A stretch of DNA of 37,443 nucleotides, taken from NCBI GenBank assembly GCA_016186985.1, contig JACPKO010000061.1:1-37443 (forward strand), written 5' to 3'. Shown piece by piece: positions 9,485-17,951 of this stretch. The position numbers and the translations under genes were made by a program. Source of the DNA: Candidatus Daviesbacteria bacterium (lineage in GTDB: Bacteria > Patescibacteriota > Microgenomatia > Daviesbacterales > UBA10151). How positions within the stretch are numbered: position 1 is the first letter of the stretch; each line of letters opens with the position of its first letter. The notes under the pieces were generated by a model. That model made no database searches, was not told where the DNA came from, and worked only from the letters and a program-made list of their open reading frames with translations.

Positions 9485-9894
9485 TGCCTGGGAAAATAGT
9501 AAGCCAGATTCTGTTTCCGCCAGCTGGCGGACGATGATAATTTATCTGTAAGAGAGGTTTAACCTCATCTGTAAGAGAGGTTTAACCTCATCTGTAAGAG
9601 AGGCTTAGCCTCATCTAGTGCTCCTGATTTCGACTAAGTGGCGAGCAGCCAAGCCGGTTCTAGGATTGCAGCGGGGAGGATTGCCCTTCGACTTCGCTCA
9701 GGACTGTAGCCCTAAACTAATCGAATACCCATAAGCTTGATCGTTTCACTGGACGCAACTCCAATCGTCACTGTTACTCTAACTAGGCCTTACGGCTGTC
9801 CGCTTGCGCGGACCACCCTGCTCTGCGCTGTCTGGACTTTCCTCTCCGATGTCGTCTTACGACTCATCGGAGTAATCATCCATCTTCCCAGGCA
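9485..9894 (-). ncRNA. rnpB: RNase P RNA, bacterial type A-like, with inserted tandem hairpins
   Basis: On the minus strand, GAGGAAAGUCCAGAC (complement of 9830-9844) and ACAGAAUCUGGCUUAC (complement of 9499-9514) form P4. It has the conserved bulged U and covaries with E. coli (CCAGA/UCUGG here, CCGGG/CCCGG there). P1 is UGCCUGGGAA/UUCCCAGGCA at the two ends. P3 hairpin CCGAUGAGUCG-UAAGA-CGACAUCGG. CUAGAUGA J-region. The region is GC-richer than its flanks. Confidence 0.9.
9544..9618. repeat. 23-nt direct tandem repeat, 3 full copies plus a 6-nt partial, inside rnpB
   Basis: Plus-strand units ATCTGTAAGAGAGGTTTAACCTC at 9544-9566 and 9567-9589, then ATCTGTAAGAGAGGCTTAGCCTC at 9590-9612, then ATCTAG. 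Each unit contains a GAGGYT-A-ARCCTC hairpin. Confidence 0.95.
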
Positions 9895-9899
9895 CTCTA

Positions 9900-9929
9900 A
9901 TTATATCGTAAAATCGCCAAAATATCCAA
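9900..9929 (-). promoter_or_regulatory. Promoter of rnpB
   Basis: Minus strand: TTGGAT (9929-9924), 18 nt, TATAAT (9905-9900). This puts the start site about 6-7 nt downstream, at the predicted P1 5' end (about 9894). Confidence 0.45.
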
Positions 9930-9948
9930 AATCTGCAATAATTAATTA

Positions 9949-11469
9949 ATGCTAGTTAAGGCTTTGGCCGGGGTTAATGTAGGGTTAAGTCCGCTCCTTG
10001 TATCTGTTGAAGTTGACGTAGCCTCTTATGGATTACCTTCCTTTACTATAGTCGGGCTTCCTGATAAAGCAATTGATGAGGCTAAAGATCGGGTCAGGAC
10101 TGCAATTAGAAACAGCGGTTTTGATTTTCCTCCCAAAAAAATCACTGTCAATTTAGCCCCCGCGGATTTACCCAAAGAAGGGCCGCATTTTGATTTGCCG
10201 ATTGCTTTAGGGATTTTAATTGCTTCAGGGCAAGTGGACTTGAGCCTGGAGGACTTAATGATTTTAGGCGAGCTTTCACTGGATGGATCTTTGCGTAGGA
10301 CTCATGGAGTTTTACCTTTGACAATTCTGGCTCAAAAAAAGAAATTTCAAAGAATTTTGATTCCTTTAGAAAATGGATCAGAAGCAGCAATTGTTTCAGG
10401 AATTGAAGTTTATGCTTTAAAAAATTTAACCGAGGCAGTCCAATTTTTGGCGAAAGAAATTGAAATAAAACCTCTACCTAAAGTTGATTTCTCAAGTTTT
10501 GAAGACAGAGCAGAGTATGATTATGATTTTGCACAAGTCAGGGGTCAGGAGCAGGCTAAAAGAGCTTTAGAGATTTCTGCCACCGGTGCCCATAATGTTC
10601 TAATGAAGGGTCCTCCTGGATCGGGAAAAACAATGCTTGCCCGTTCTTTCCCTTCAATCTTGCCGCCTCTTACTGAAGATGAATCAATTGAACTGACTCA
10701 AATTTATTCAATTACCGGCAACTTAACTGAAGATAAACCAATTGTCATAACCCGCCCGTTCCGCTCGCCTCATCATACAGCTTCCTACGTTGGACTTATT
10801 GGAGGAGGGAATAATATCAGGCCGGGTGAAATTTCCCTGGCTCATCGTGGAGTCCTGTTTTTGGACGAATTACCGGAATTCCCCCGCTCTGTCTTAGAAG
10901 CTTTAAGACAGCCTTTAGAAGATAAAAAAGTCACTATCTCCAGAGCAAATGGAACTCATTCATATCCTACACAGTTTATACTGCTTGCTGCCTGTAATCC
11001 CTGTCCCTGCGGATATCTAAATACGCCGGGAAAAAATTGTGTTTGCCTTCCAGGTCAAATCTCAAAATATACAAAAAAACTTTCCGGCCCGTTTTTAGAT
11101 AGGGTTGATATTCATCTGGATGTCCCGAATTTACCTGCTGAGAAATTAACTAACGAAGCAATTGCTGAGGATTCTAAAACTATTAGAAAAAGGGTAGTAA
11201 AGGCCAGAAAAATTCAGAAAGAAAGGTTTAAGTCCAAAGGAATTTTAACTAATTCTGAAATGAGTAATGCGTTAATTAAGCAATTCTGCCAACCCGACAA
11301 AGAAGGTTTGGAACTTTTAAAAATGGCAATTTCAAAGCTTAATTTATCCGCCCGATCTTATTACCGGGTGTTAAAGCTAGCGCGTACGATAGCTGATTTA
11401 GATGATTCGGAAACCATTGTCTATAAACATTTAGCCGAAAGCCTGCAATACCGACCAAAACAGCTTTAA
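9949..11469 (+). CDS. comM: YifB/ComM family Mg-chelatase-like AAA+ ATPase
   Basis: N-terminal Lon-protease-like domain (GLPSFTIVGLPDKAIDEAKDRV). Walker A GPPGSGKTM. Walker B GVLFLDELPEF. C-terminal SARSYYRVLKLARTIADL. Confidence 0.9.
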   Translation: MLVKALAGVNVGLSPLLVSVEVDVASYGLPSFTIVGLPDKAIDEAKDRVRTAIRNSGFDFPPKKITVNLAPADLPKEGPHFDLPIALGILIASGQVDLSLEDLMILGELSLDGSLRRTHGVLPLTILAQKKKFQRILIPLENGSEAAIVSGIEVYALKNLTEAVQFLAKEIEIKPLPKVDFSSFEDRAEYDYDFAQVRGQEQAKRALEISATGAHNVLMKGPPGSGKTMLARSFPSILPPLTEDESIELTQIYSITGNLTEDKPIVITRPFRSPHHTASYVGLIGGGNNIRPGEISLAHRGVLFLDELPEFPRSVLEALRQPLEDKKVTISRANGTHSYPTQFILLAACNPCPCGYLNTPGKNCVCLPGQISKYTKKLSGPFLDRVDIHLDVPNLPAEKLTNEAIAEDSKTIRKRVVKARKIQKERFKSKGILTNSEMSNALIKQFCQPDKEGLELLKMAISKLNLSARSYYRVLKLARTIADLDDSETIVYKHLAESLQYRPKQL

Positions 11470-11470
11470 A

Positions 11471-11516
11471 AAATCCCCCTCATAAGGAAGGGGATTTTTA
11501 TGGCGCTTAAGCGCCA
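11471..11516. terminator. Bidirectional terminator region between convergent comM and the DUF5679 gene
   Basis: Stem AAATCCCC (11471-11478) / GGGGATTT (11490-11497) flanked by A and T runs, then the perfect palindrome TGGCGCTTAAGCGCCA (11501-11516). Confidence 0.5.
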
Positions 11517-11536
11517 GGTTCTCTTAGAAAAGCAAC

Positions 11537-11683
11537 TTATGCAGGTGCTGCTCCAATTCTATACATTCCAGTTCCACAGACAGGACACTCGCCTTTTGAA
11601 GCTGGTTTACCGTTTTTCATGGTGACCTGCTGGACATTTTTTGCGTCCCTTTTTGTACGACATTTAACACAATACATTTGCAT
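11537..11683 (-). CDS. DUF5679-like zinc-ribbon mini-protein (48 aa), absent from the ORF track
   Basis: Translation MQMYCVKCRTKRDAKNVQQVTMKNGKPASKGECPVCGTGMYRIGAAPA has CxxC...CxxC. A strong SD, GAGGAGGTG, sits 8 nt upstream of the ATG at 11683. Confidence 0.7.
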   Translation of the reverse strand: MQMYCVKCRTKRDAKNVQQVTMKNGKPASKGECPVCGTGMYRIGAAPA

Positions 11684-11710
11684 TTAGAGATCACCTCCTC
11701 TCAAATCAAA

Positions 11711-12073
11711 TTAGCGGAATAGGTTAATTAAACCTTGCTTGGTTGCAAAAAATAGGGCAAGCTGGACAGTGAGAGCCAAAAATGAAAAGATAATAATTTT
11801 AGTTATGTCCGATTTTAAAGAGATTGGATCTGCTAAATCTGTTGAGTATGGAGGTTGTTTTGAATTTGGAGAAACCTTTATGGTCTGTAAATTAGTTGAT
11901 AGCCGCCGCCTTTGGCGAGCCTCGCTTGCCTCGTTGATTCGTCGAAGCGGGTTTTCAGCGGGTATTTTGGGTTTTGGAAGTTGTGAAGATAACGGTTGCT
12001 CCTTACCGAAAAGCTGCTGCTTTAACTGTTTTAACCTTTTCTCTTCGAGGGTTATACTAGCCATGCTTGTCAT
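11711..12073 (-). CDS. Hypothetical tail-anchored protein (coiled/disordered N-terminus, C-terminal TM)
   Basis: The ORF is open to a GTG at 12109. ATG starts at 12073 and 12064 are more plausible. C-terminal helix IIIFSFLALTVQLALFFA. It lies directly upstream of the DUF5679 gene. The antisense ORF 11739-12185 looks non-coding (Cys-rich, no motifs). Confidence 0.4.
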   Translation of the reverse strand: MTSMASITLEEKRLKQLKQQLFGKEQPLSSQLPKPKIPAENPLRRINEASEARQRRRLSTNLQTIKVSPNSKQPPYSTDLADPISLKSDITKIIIFSFLALTVQLALFFATKQGLINLFR

Positions 12074-12113
12074 TGAGCCTAGCACGCACGAAGTGTGCTT
12101 GTCAAGCACGAAA

Positions 12114-12143
12114 TTGACAATTACTAAAAAAACCTTGTATAGT
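12114..12143 (+). promoter_or_regulatory. Sigma70-like promoter of the DUF4446 operon
   Basis: TTGACA (12114-12119), 18 nt, TATAGT (12138-12143), 14 nt before the ATG at 12158. Confidence 0.45.
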
Positions 12144-12157
12144 TTAAAAACGAACTT

Positions 12158-12616
12158 ATGTATCCGGTGTGGGCAGTCGCCGTAACAGGGGCTTTTTTTA
12201 TCTGGCTCCTGATATTGACATTTCTAACATTAAAACAGAAAAATTTCTTAAAGTCATTATTTCCTAAGGATCAAAGAAGGGATATTAGAAATAAGTTTCA
12301 AGAAGTTTTAGAAGTAATTTCAGGGTTTGAAAAAACCATCCAAATACTGGAGAATAGATTAACGGGTTTTAAAAGGGATAGTTTGGGTAACATACAAAAA
12401 CTGGCGGTTTTAAGGTACAACCCGTACAATGATACAGGAGGGGAGCAGAGTTTTTCTTTAGTACTTTTAGATGGTAAGATGAATGGAGTGCTTATTACCA
12501 GTCTCCACTCAAGGGCAGGAACCAGGATATATTTAAAAAATATTCTTCTGGGTAAAAGCGAACTGGAATTGTCAAAAGAGGAGGATCGGGCACTAAGGAG
12601 AGCAATTGAGAAATGA
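12158..12616 (+). CDS. DUF4446 family protein
   Basis: N-terminal TM and a coiled segment. LAVLRYNPYNDTGGEQSFSLVLLD...GVLITSLHSR matches the DUF4446 core as I remember it. Confidence 0.75.
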   Translation: MYPVWAVAVTGAFFIWLLILTFLTLKQKNFLKSLFPKDQRRDIRNKFQEVLEVISGFEKTIQILENRLTGFKRDSLGNIQKLAVLRYNPYNDTGGEQSFSLVLLDGKMNGVLITSLHSRAGTRIYLKNILLGKSELELSKEEDRALRRAIEK

Positions 12617-12622
12617 AAAAAT

Positions 12623-13831
12623 ATGAAGATTGTTAATTTTTTTGAAAATCTAACTAAAGTACAAAAGATACTTGTGCTTATTATAATGTCGGTAATTTTG
12701 TATTTTGTGTCTTCGGGGGTTTCTTATTCTATTTTTTCTGCAACAATGGGTAGCTCTTCTAAATTTACTGCCGTTACTAATAAGTCTATTATTCCGGGCG
12801 CTCCGGGAATAGAGGAAGAGGATCCATCGTTACCAAGAACAGAAAGCTGTCCGTTAAACGGCAATCTGCATACAAAACCTGCTAAAGAAGCCTGGGAGAA
12901 AAGACGGCCTTTGGCTATCATGATAGAGAATCATCAGGAAGCCAGGCCTCAATCTGGCTTATCATCGGCTGACGTGATCTACGAAGCAGTAGCTGAGGGG
13001 GGGATTACGAGGTTTATGGCGATATACCTTTGTGCTTTTGGGGATACTCAGGTTGGTCCGATACGAAGTGCAAGGACTTACTTTTTGGATTGGCTTTCCG
13101 AGTACGATCCTCTTTACGCCCATGTTGGAGGTGCTAACACACCTGGTCCTGCTAATGCCTTGGGTCAGATTATTGATTACAAAATCAAAGACTTAAACCA
13201 ATTCGGTATTGGATATCCGACTTACTGGAGGGATTATCAAAGATTAGGCCGTCCTGTTGCAACAGAGCATACCATGTATTCAACAATCAAAAAGCTTTGG
13301 GACATTGGTGAGAAAAAAGGCTGGGGGGTTGCGGATGCCTCGGGCGTCAGGTGGGATAAAAACTTTGTTCCCTGGAAATTTTTAAAAAGCGGTGAAACAG
13401 TGAAAACCGGAGATGCGGCAAGCAAAGTTAATGTAACTTTTTGGGAATCCCAGAATAACTATAAAGTTGAGTGGAATTACGACCAGGAATGCAATTGTTA
13501 TAAAAGGAAAAACGGCGGCTCAGACCACACAGATTTAAATAACAAAAAGCAATTGTCCCCAAATACAGTTATAATCCAGTTCCAAAAAGAGTCAAGGGCT
13601 AATGATGGATATGAAGGTAACGTACATTTGCTCTACGCCAACAAAGGACCTCAGGCCCCTTCAGGCAAGGCCTTGATTTTTGGCAGCGGTAAGGTTATAA
13701 AAGGCACATGGAATAAGGCTAATCGGCTCTCGCGAGAGAAATTCCTTGACGAGGCCGGTAAAGAGATTTCTTTTGTTCCAGGCCAAATCTGGATCCAGAC
13801 TGTCCCCGAAGGAAGCTCGGTTACCTATTAA
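12623..13831 (+). CDS. DUF3048 domain protein (YerB-like, membrane-anchored, extracytoplasmic)
   Basis: Signal anchor followed by RPLAIMIENHQEARPQSGLSSADVIYEAVAEGGITRFMAIY...GPIRSARTYF. Confidence 0.8.
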   Translation: MKIVNFFENLTKVQKILVLIIMSVILYFVSSGVSYSIFSATMGSSSKFTAVTNKSIIPGAPGIEEEDPSLPRTESCPLNGNLHTKPAKEAWEKRRPLAIMIENHQEARPQSGLSSADVIYEAVAEGGITRFMAIYLCAFGDTQVGPIRSARTYFLDWLSEYDPLYAHVGGANTPGPANALGQIIDYKIKDLNQFGIGYPTYWRDYQRLGRPVATEHTMYSTIKKLWDIGEKKGWGVADASGVRWDKNFVPWKFLKSGETVKTGDAASKVNVTFWESQNNYKVEWNYDQECNCYKRKNGGSDHTDLNNKKQLSPNTVIIQFQKESRANDGYEGNVHLLYANKGPQAPSGKALIFGSGKVIKGTWNKANRLSREKFLDEAGKEISFVPGQIWIQTVPEGSSVTY

Positions 13832-13861
13832 AGATAAAACTGTCCGGGAAAGGGGAGCGTT

Positions 13862-14446
13862 ATGGAAGAACTCTTTGTTTCTAAAGTTAGAGTAAAAATC
13901 CTGCAGCTTTTTTTGACCTCAAAAGACGACATTTTACATGTCCGGGAAATTGTAAGAAGAGTTGATGAAGAAATTAATGCCGTCAGGCGCGAGTTGGCGC
14001 GTATGGAAAAATTCGGGATGGTATCTTCTGAGTGGAGGGCTAACAGAAGGTTTTATCACTTCAGAAAAGATCACCGGTTTTACCCTGAACTTCTTGCACT
14101 TGTCACCAAATCAACAGGATTAGGTGGCGGGATAATTAAAAATAAAGCATCCTTAGGCCGGATTAAATACGCATTAATGGCGGTAAGGTTTGCTCAAAAC
14201 ACCCTATCAGGTCCTGAAGATGTCGATCTTTTGGTCGTTGGCCAGATTGTTTTACCTGGACTGCAGTCGTTAGTTGCAGATGAACAATCAAGGCGGGAAA
14301 GAGAAATTAATTATTCATACATGGACGAAGCGGAGTTTAATTTTCGTGTTAAAAGGCGGGATCCGTTTATTTTTCGGATTCTAACCCAGCCGAGGATAAT
14401 GCTTTTGGGTGACGAAACTTCGCTGATGGAAAATGTGATTGTATAA
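13862..14446 (+). CDS. Winged-helix (ArsR-like) DNA-binding protein with a C-terminal nucleotidyltransferase-like domain
   Basis: N-terminal VRVKILQLFL...LHVREIVRRVDEEINAVRRELARMEKFGM. Central DVDLLVVG motif. SD AGGGGAG upstream. Confidence 0.45.
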   Translation: MEELFVSKVRVKILQLFLTSKDDILHVREIVRRVDEEINAVRRELARMEKFGMVSSEWRANRRFYHFRKDHRFYPELLALVTKSTGLGGGIIKNKASLGRIKYALMAVRFAQNTLSGPEDVDLLVVGQIVLPGLQSLVADEQSRREREINYSYMDEAEFNFRVKRRDPFIFRILTQPRIMLLGDETSLMENVIV

Positions 14447-14468
14447 TTTAGGATGGAAAGCAACAAGT

Positions 14469-15752
14469 ATGAGGATCAGAATCTGGCTTATTTTTATACT
14501 AATAATTTTGGCGAGCTTTGCCATATCCCCTGGAATTAATCTATCCCAAAGTTTTAAAGTCCCTTTTTTAAATAAAGAAATTGATTCGCTGGCCGGAAAT
14601 TTCCCTATTAAACTGGGACTTGATCTCCAGGGTGGCGCCCAACTTGTTTTAGAAACAAAAATGGATCAAATCCCAGCTGGTGACCGGGAAGCGGCTTTAG
14701 AATCGGCAAAGGAAATTATTGAAAGGCGGGTTAATTTATTCGGTGTTTCCGAGGCGATTGTTCAGACTTCTAAAATTGGAGAAACAAGAAGAATCTTAGT
14801 TGATTTACCTGGTATCAAAGATGCTTCTGATGCAGCTAACTTAGTTGGTAAAACTGCCCAGCTTGAGTTTAGGGAATTGGCAGCAGAGGCATCTCAGTCA
14901 GGTACGATTGATATACCAACCGGTTTGACAGGAGCGGACTTGAAAAGAGCCCAGGTAGTTTTCTCACAAGGAGGTGGGGATACCGGGCCGCAAGTTTCAA
15001 TTGAGTTTAATCCTGAGGGGGCAACTAAATTTGCCGAAATAACCAAAAGGAATATTGGTAAGCCGCTGGCGATATTTTTAGACAATCAGTTTATTTCAGC
15101 TCCTACAGTCCAGCAAGAGATAGTAGGCGGTAATGCTGTAATCTCTGGAAATTTTTCAACCGACGAAGCAAAAGCATTATCGATCCAGCTAAACGCCGGA
15201 GCCTTGCCTGTGCCAATTGAAATTATTGAGCAGCGCTTAATTGGACCCTCGCTAGGCGCAGAATCGGTTAAAGCCAGTATTATTGCTGGAGTAATAGGGC
15301 TTTTGACTGTTATTTTATACATGGCCTTTTATTACAGAGTGTTGGGTATTATTGCTGATGTGGCCTTGGTAATTTATACTGTATTTGTTTTGGCAATTTT
15401 TCAGACAGGATTGTTTTTGATCCCTCCCGTAACTCTGACTCTACCGGGGATTGCCGGATTTATCCTCTCAATAGGGATGGCAGTTGATGCAAATATTTTA
15501 ATTTTTGAAAGAATGAAAGAGGAAATCAGATGGGGTAGATCCCGCAAACTGGCGCTGGATTTTGGATTTAACAGAGCATGGGTCTCAATTAGGGATTCAA
15601 ACATCTCATCCCTAATTACAGCCGGAATACTTTACTCAATGGGTACAGGATTGATAAAAGGATTTGCAATCACCTTGGCAATCGGTGTTTTGGTTTCAAT
15701 GTTTACTGCAATTTTCGTTACAAAAACCATACTTAAGCTTTTCATTAAATAA
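14469..15752 (+). CDS. secD: Protein translocase subunit SecD
   Basis: LGLDLQGG, VNLFGVSEAIVQ, LEFR, and a C-terminal 6-TM RND-like domain with AVDANILIFERMKEE. The start is likely MRIRIW at 14469, although the ORF opens at 14439. Confidence 0.9.
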   Translation: MRIRIWLIFILIILASFAISPGINLSQSFKVPFLNKEIDSLAGNFPIKLGLDLQGGAQLVLETKMDQIPAGDREAALESAKEIIERRVNLFGVSEAIVQTSKIGETRRILVDLPGIKDASDAANLVGKTAQLEFRELAAEASQSGTIDIPTGLTGADLKRAQVVFSQGGGDTGPQVSIEFNPEGATKFAEITKRNIGKPLAIFLDNQFISAPTVQQEIVGGNAVISGNFSTDEAKALSIQLNAGALPVPIEIIEQRLIGPSLGAESVKASIIAGVIGLLTVILYMAFYYRVLGIIADVALVIYTVFVLAIFQTGLFLIPPVTLTLPGIAGFILSIGMAVDANILIFERMKEEIRWGRSRKLALDFGFNRAWVSIRDSNISSLITAGILYSMGTGLIKGFAITLAIGVLVSMFTAIFVTKTILKLFIK

Positions 15753-15788
15753 GCAAAGCTTGCTTTCTCGCAAGCTCGAAAATAAGCT

Positions 15789-16664
15789 ATGAATTTATTC
15801 AAATCTAAAAGCCCGAAATTTGAACACTTACGCAAAAAGTGGGTAGCCCGCCACAAAGAAACCAGCCAAAATTTTATAGAGAAACACGCTAGGCATATCG
15901 CGGCCACATCTTTGGGTGGATTAATGTTGATGTCCACTCCCGGCATGTCAGTTTCGACTCATTCTGCAAATACACTAACTCAAGAGGAGGGAAAAATTTT
16001 AGCTTCAAGCAGCAAAAATGCGTTGCTTGCTTCAGAGCTTGTAGATAAATTGCCAAAAGATGTTGCTAAACTCACACCCGAGCAGGATGAAATAATAGTT
16101 GGTTTAATAAAAAAAGATTTGGGGATTGAGGTAAAAGCTGAAATTGACAGCAAGCGTTTAAATAGGACATTTGGTGTAATTGGGGGAGAGCAACACCTCT
16201 ACCGTTATCCGGGAGATACTGTTAATACTCATGCCAGGGATGCGCAGGATTGGGCTATGTACGGTTCATCCGGTATTGCACCGGGGTTAGGTGCTTGGGG
16301 ATATTTCGCACCGAGTAAAGAGGCTATGACGCAGGATTTAGAGCAGCGCGAAAGGTATTATTTGGCGGTACAGACTTTTTTATCGCCGGGATTTGCCGAA
16401 AAGGTCGGGGAGTACCGTGATTTTTATAAATTCAGGAAAATGCTGGTGATAAATCCGAAAACTGGCCAGGCTGTTGTCGCAGTAATAGGAGATGCCGGCC
16501 CGGCGGAGTGGACGGGTAAGCATTTAGGGGGCAGCCCTGAAGTAATGCACGAACTTGGATTGGCAGAAGGCCCCAGAAAAGGGCCGGTGTTATACTACTT
16601 TGTTGATGATCCGGAAAATAAAGTTCCTTTAGGACCAGTTAAGCTTACAGAAGAAGCAATATGA
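15789..16664 (+). CDS. Hypothetical exported protein; C-terminus possibly RlpA-like double-psi beta-barrel
   Basis: Weak signal anchor IAATSLGGLMLMSTPG. The C-terminal pattern VINPKTGQAVVAVIGDAGPAEW...GGSPEVMHELGL resembles the RlpA/expansin DPBB signature. This is recollection only. Confidence 0.35.
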   Translation: MNLFKSKSPKFEHLRKKWVARHKETSQNFIEKHARHIAATSLGGLMLMSTPGMSVSTHSANTLTQEEGKILASSSKNALLASELVDKLPKDVAKLTPEQDEIIVGLIKKDLGIEVKAEIDSKRLNRTFGVIGGEQHLYRYPGDTVNTHARDAQDWAMYGSSGIAPGLGAWGYFAPSKEAMTQDLEQRERYYLAVQTFLSPGFAEKVGEYRDFYKFRKMLVINPKTGQAVVAVIGDAGPAEWTGKHLGGSPEVMHELGLAEGPRKGPVLYYFVDDPENKVPLGPVKLTEEAI

Positions 16665-16984
16665 AGAAATTTTACAGCCATTTAATAGAAATAGAATCTC
16701 TAACTTTTGAATTAGATCAGTTTGAGCTAGCTTATCATGAAAAGCACGAACTGGCTAAACTGATAGATTCAAATATTCATAACGTGGTAATGGATACTAT
16801 ATTTTCGAAACTTTCAGATAAAGATAAAGAAAACTTTGCCAAAATCGTCTCATCCGAGGATCATAAAAAAATCTGGGATTTTTTAAAGTCCAAAACTGAA
16901 GATATTGAGGACGAAATAAAAAAGGCTGCGCTTGATATTAAAAAAAAACTTCACGAAGACATTAAGGAGGCAAAGAAAAAATGA
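16661..16984 (+). CDS. Hypothetical small Lys/Glu-rich helical protein
   Basis: ATGA start/stop overlap with the upstream ORF suggests translational coupling. No recognisable motif. Confidence 0.4.
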   Translation: MKKFYSHLIEIESLTFELDQFELAYHEKHELAKLIDSNIHNVVMDTIFSKLSDKDKENFAKIVSSEDHKKIWDFLKSKTEDIEDEIKKAALDIKKKLHEDIKEAKKK

Positions 16985-17039
16985 TTCAAGTGATGAAGTA
17001 TGAGCAAGCTCTATCTAATCAGAGAGAGGATTTAAACAT

Positions 17040-17903
17040 ATGATGAGTCTGATGAGATATAAAGTCTGGTTTTTTGTGATGTCGACCTTGATAATTTTGC
17101 CGGGTTTGTTTTTTGTTTTTACCGGAGGTTTAAAATTTGGAATTGATTTTACTGGTGGTGCGCTGCTTGAGTATAAATTTGATAACCTTGTTCAAAAGGA
17201 AAGCCTTGAAGAATTTGGGACAGTTGTCCCTTCCGGAGACAATACTTATATGATTCGTACCCAGACAGTTTCGTTTGAACAGCTTCAGGATTTGAAAAAA
17301 CGAATTAATGAAAAGACCGGCAATTTTACTGTTCGCCGTGAAGAGAATGTTGGTCCGGTTATCGGCAAGGAGTTGGAAAGAAAAGCCGGGATTGCATTGG
17401 TATTCTCTTGCGTAATGATAGTTTTATATATCGCTTTTGCATTTAGGAAAGTTCCAAAGCCTGCATCATCATTCCGTTTTGGGGTCTGCGCAATAGCGGC
17501 ATTAATTCATGATGTACTACTCGTTATCGGTGCATTTGCAATATTCGGATACTTCTTAGGGATTGAAATTGATACCCTTTTTGTCACAGCTCTTCTTACA
17601 ATAATTGGTTTTTCAGTCCATGATACTATTGTTGTGTTTGACCGGATTAGGGAAAATCTGCCAAAACACTTATCAAAGAAGTTTGAAACAGTTGTTGATA
17701 TTTCAATAACTCAAACTTTAGCCCGTTCCTTAAATACATCCCTTACTGTTGTTTTTGTTTTAACTGCGCTTCTTCTATTTGGAGGGACAACAATTAAATG
17801 GTTTGTTGTAGCACTTTTGATAGGAATAATTTCAGGAACTTATTCTTCGATCTTTAATGCATCTGCGATCCTTAGCTGGTGGGAAGAAAAATTAGGGCAC
17901 TAA
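17040..17903 (+). CDS. secF: Protein translocase subunit SecF
   Basis: GIDFTGGALLEY, IHDVLLVIGAF and FSVHDTIVVFDRIREN motifs. 6 TM helices. Confidence 0.9.
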   Translation: MMSLMRYKVWFFVMSTLIILPGLFFVFTGGLKFGIDFTGGALLEYKFDNLVQKESLEEFGTVVPSGDNTYMIRTQTVSFEQLQDLKKRINEKTGNFTVRREENVGPVIGKELERKAGIALVFSCVMIVLYIAFAFRKVPKPASSFRFGVCAIAALIHDVLLVIGAFAIFGYFLGIEIDTLFVTALLTIIGFSVHDTIVVFDRIRENLPKHLSKKFETVVDISITQTLARSLNTSLTVVFVLTALLLFGGTTIKWFVVALLIGIISGTYSSIFNASAILSWWEEKLGH

Positions 17904-17928
17904 ATTAGGGGCTAGGATTTAGGAGATA

Positions 17929-17950
17929 GAATCAAGGATTTCCTTGATTC
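17929..17950. terminator. Bidirectional hairpin between convergent secF and cca
   Basis: Perfect inverted repeat GAATCAAGGA-TT-TCCTTGATTC, immediately after the cca stop (17952-17954). Confidence 0.5.
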
Positions 17951-17951
17951 A

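Noticed and set aside
9544-9618. The 23-nt direct repeats could be read as a mini CRISPR array.
   Set aside because: The repeats are head-to-tail with no spacers, there are only three copies, no cas genes are present, and they lie inside a confidently identified rnpB RNA.
9737-9949. 70-aa ORF in the ORF track.
   Set aside because: It lies entirely antisense to the RNase P RNA (P3/P4 region). The open frame is explained by the GC-rich structured RNA.
11739-12185. 148-aa plus-strand ORF.
   Set aside because: It is Cys/Ser/Phe-rich with no motifs. It overlaps the more protein-like minus-strand ORF and runs through the predicted promoter and start of the DUF4446 gene.
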